64,000 nucleotides of DNA, from contig OZ024747.1 in NCBI GenBank assembly GCA_964016885.1, positions 43,214,001 to 43,278,000 on the forward strand, given 5' to 3'. Numbering within the stretch: the first letter of the stretch is position 1; every line of letters begins with the position of its first letter. Below the pieces are notes generated by a model that was given only the letters and a program-made list of their open reading frames with translations, was not told the DNA's origin and did no database searches. The DNA is from Eledone cirrhosa. Taxonomy: Eukaryota. This document shows, piece by piece, positions 63,966 through 64,000 of this stretch. Both the position numbers and the translations under genes were made by a program.

Positions 63966-64000
63966 TATATATATATATAGAAAGGGTAGCACACTAGAGA

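Overview
About 96% of the window (1-61452) is one homogeneous tandem satellite of roughly 1,280 copies of a 48-bp monomer, consensus GCACCAAAACGACTGCTTTACAGTGTGG(ACTT/GCTG)GGCA(G/C)TTTTTGTTGTA. It is open at the left edge and organised into many different local higher-order duplications of 7 to 109 monomers. A 4.82-kb block of about 100 monomers (29704-34524) is inverted. It is not a clean inversion: monomer register shifts across it, both junctions sit on 3-bp microhomologies, the right junction is a perfect 251-bp-arm palindrome with a 2-nt loop, and the block carries variant haplotypes mirrored downstream. The array ends in about 2.3 strongly diverged but in-register monomers. An AT-rich eukaryotic flank follows, with (TG)40, (TA)28, a decayed SINE, two convergent tRNA-derived SINEs with target-site duplications and a small 34-bp-TIR element. 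The SINEs resemble octopus/coleoid SINEs as I recall them (not verified). No protein-coding gene is supportable: the long ORFs arise because the monomer is 16 codons long and stop-free in 4 of 6 frames. However, the commonest monomer variants and the diverged edge copies are notably synonymous in one codon phase, which hints at a coding-repeat ancestry.
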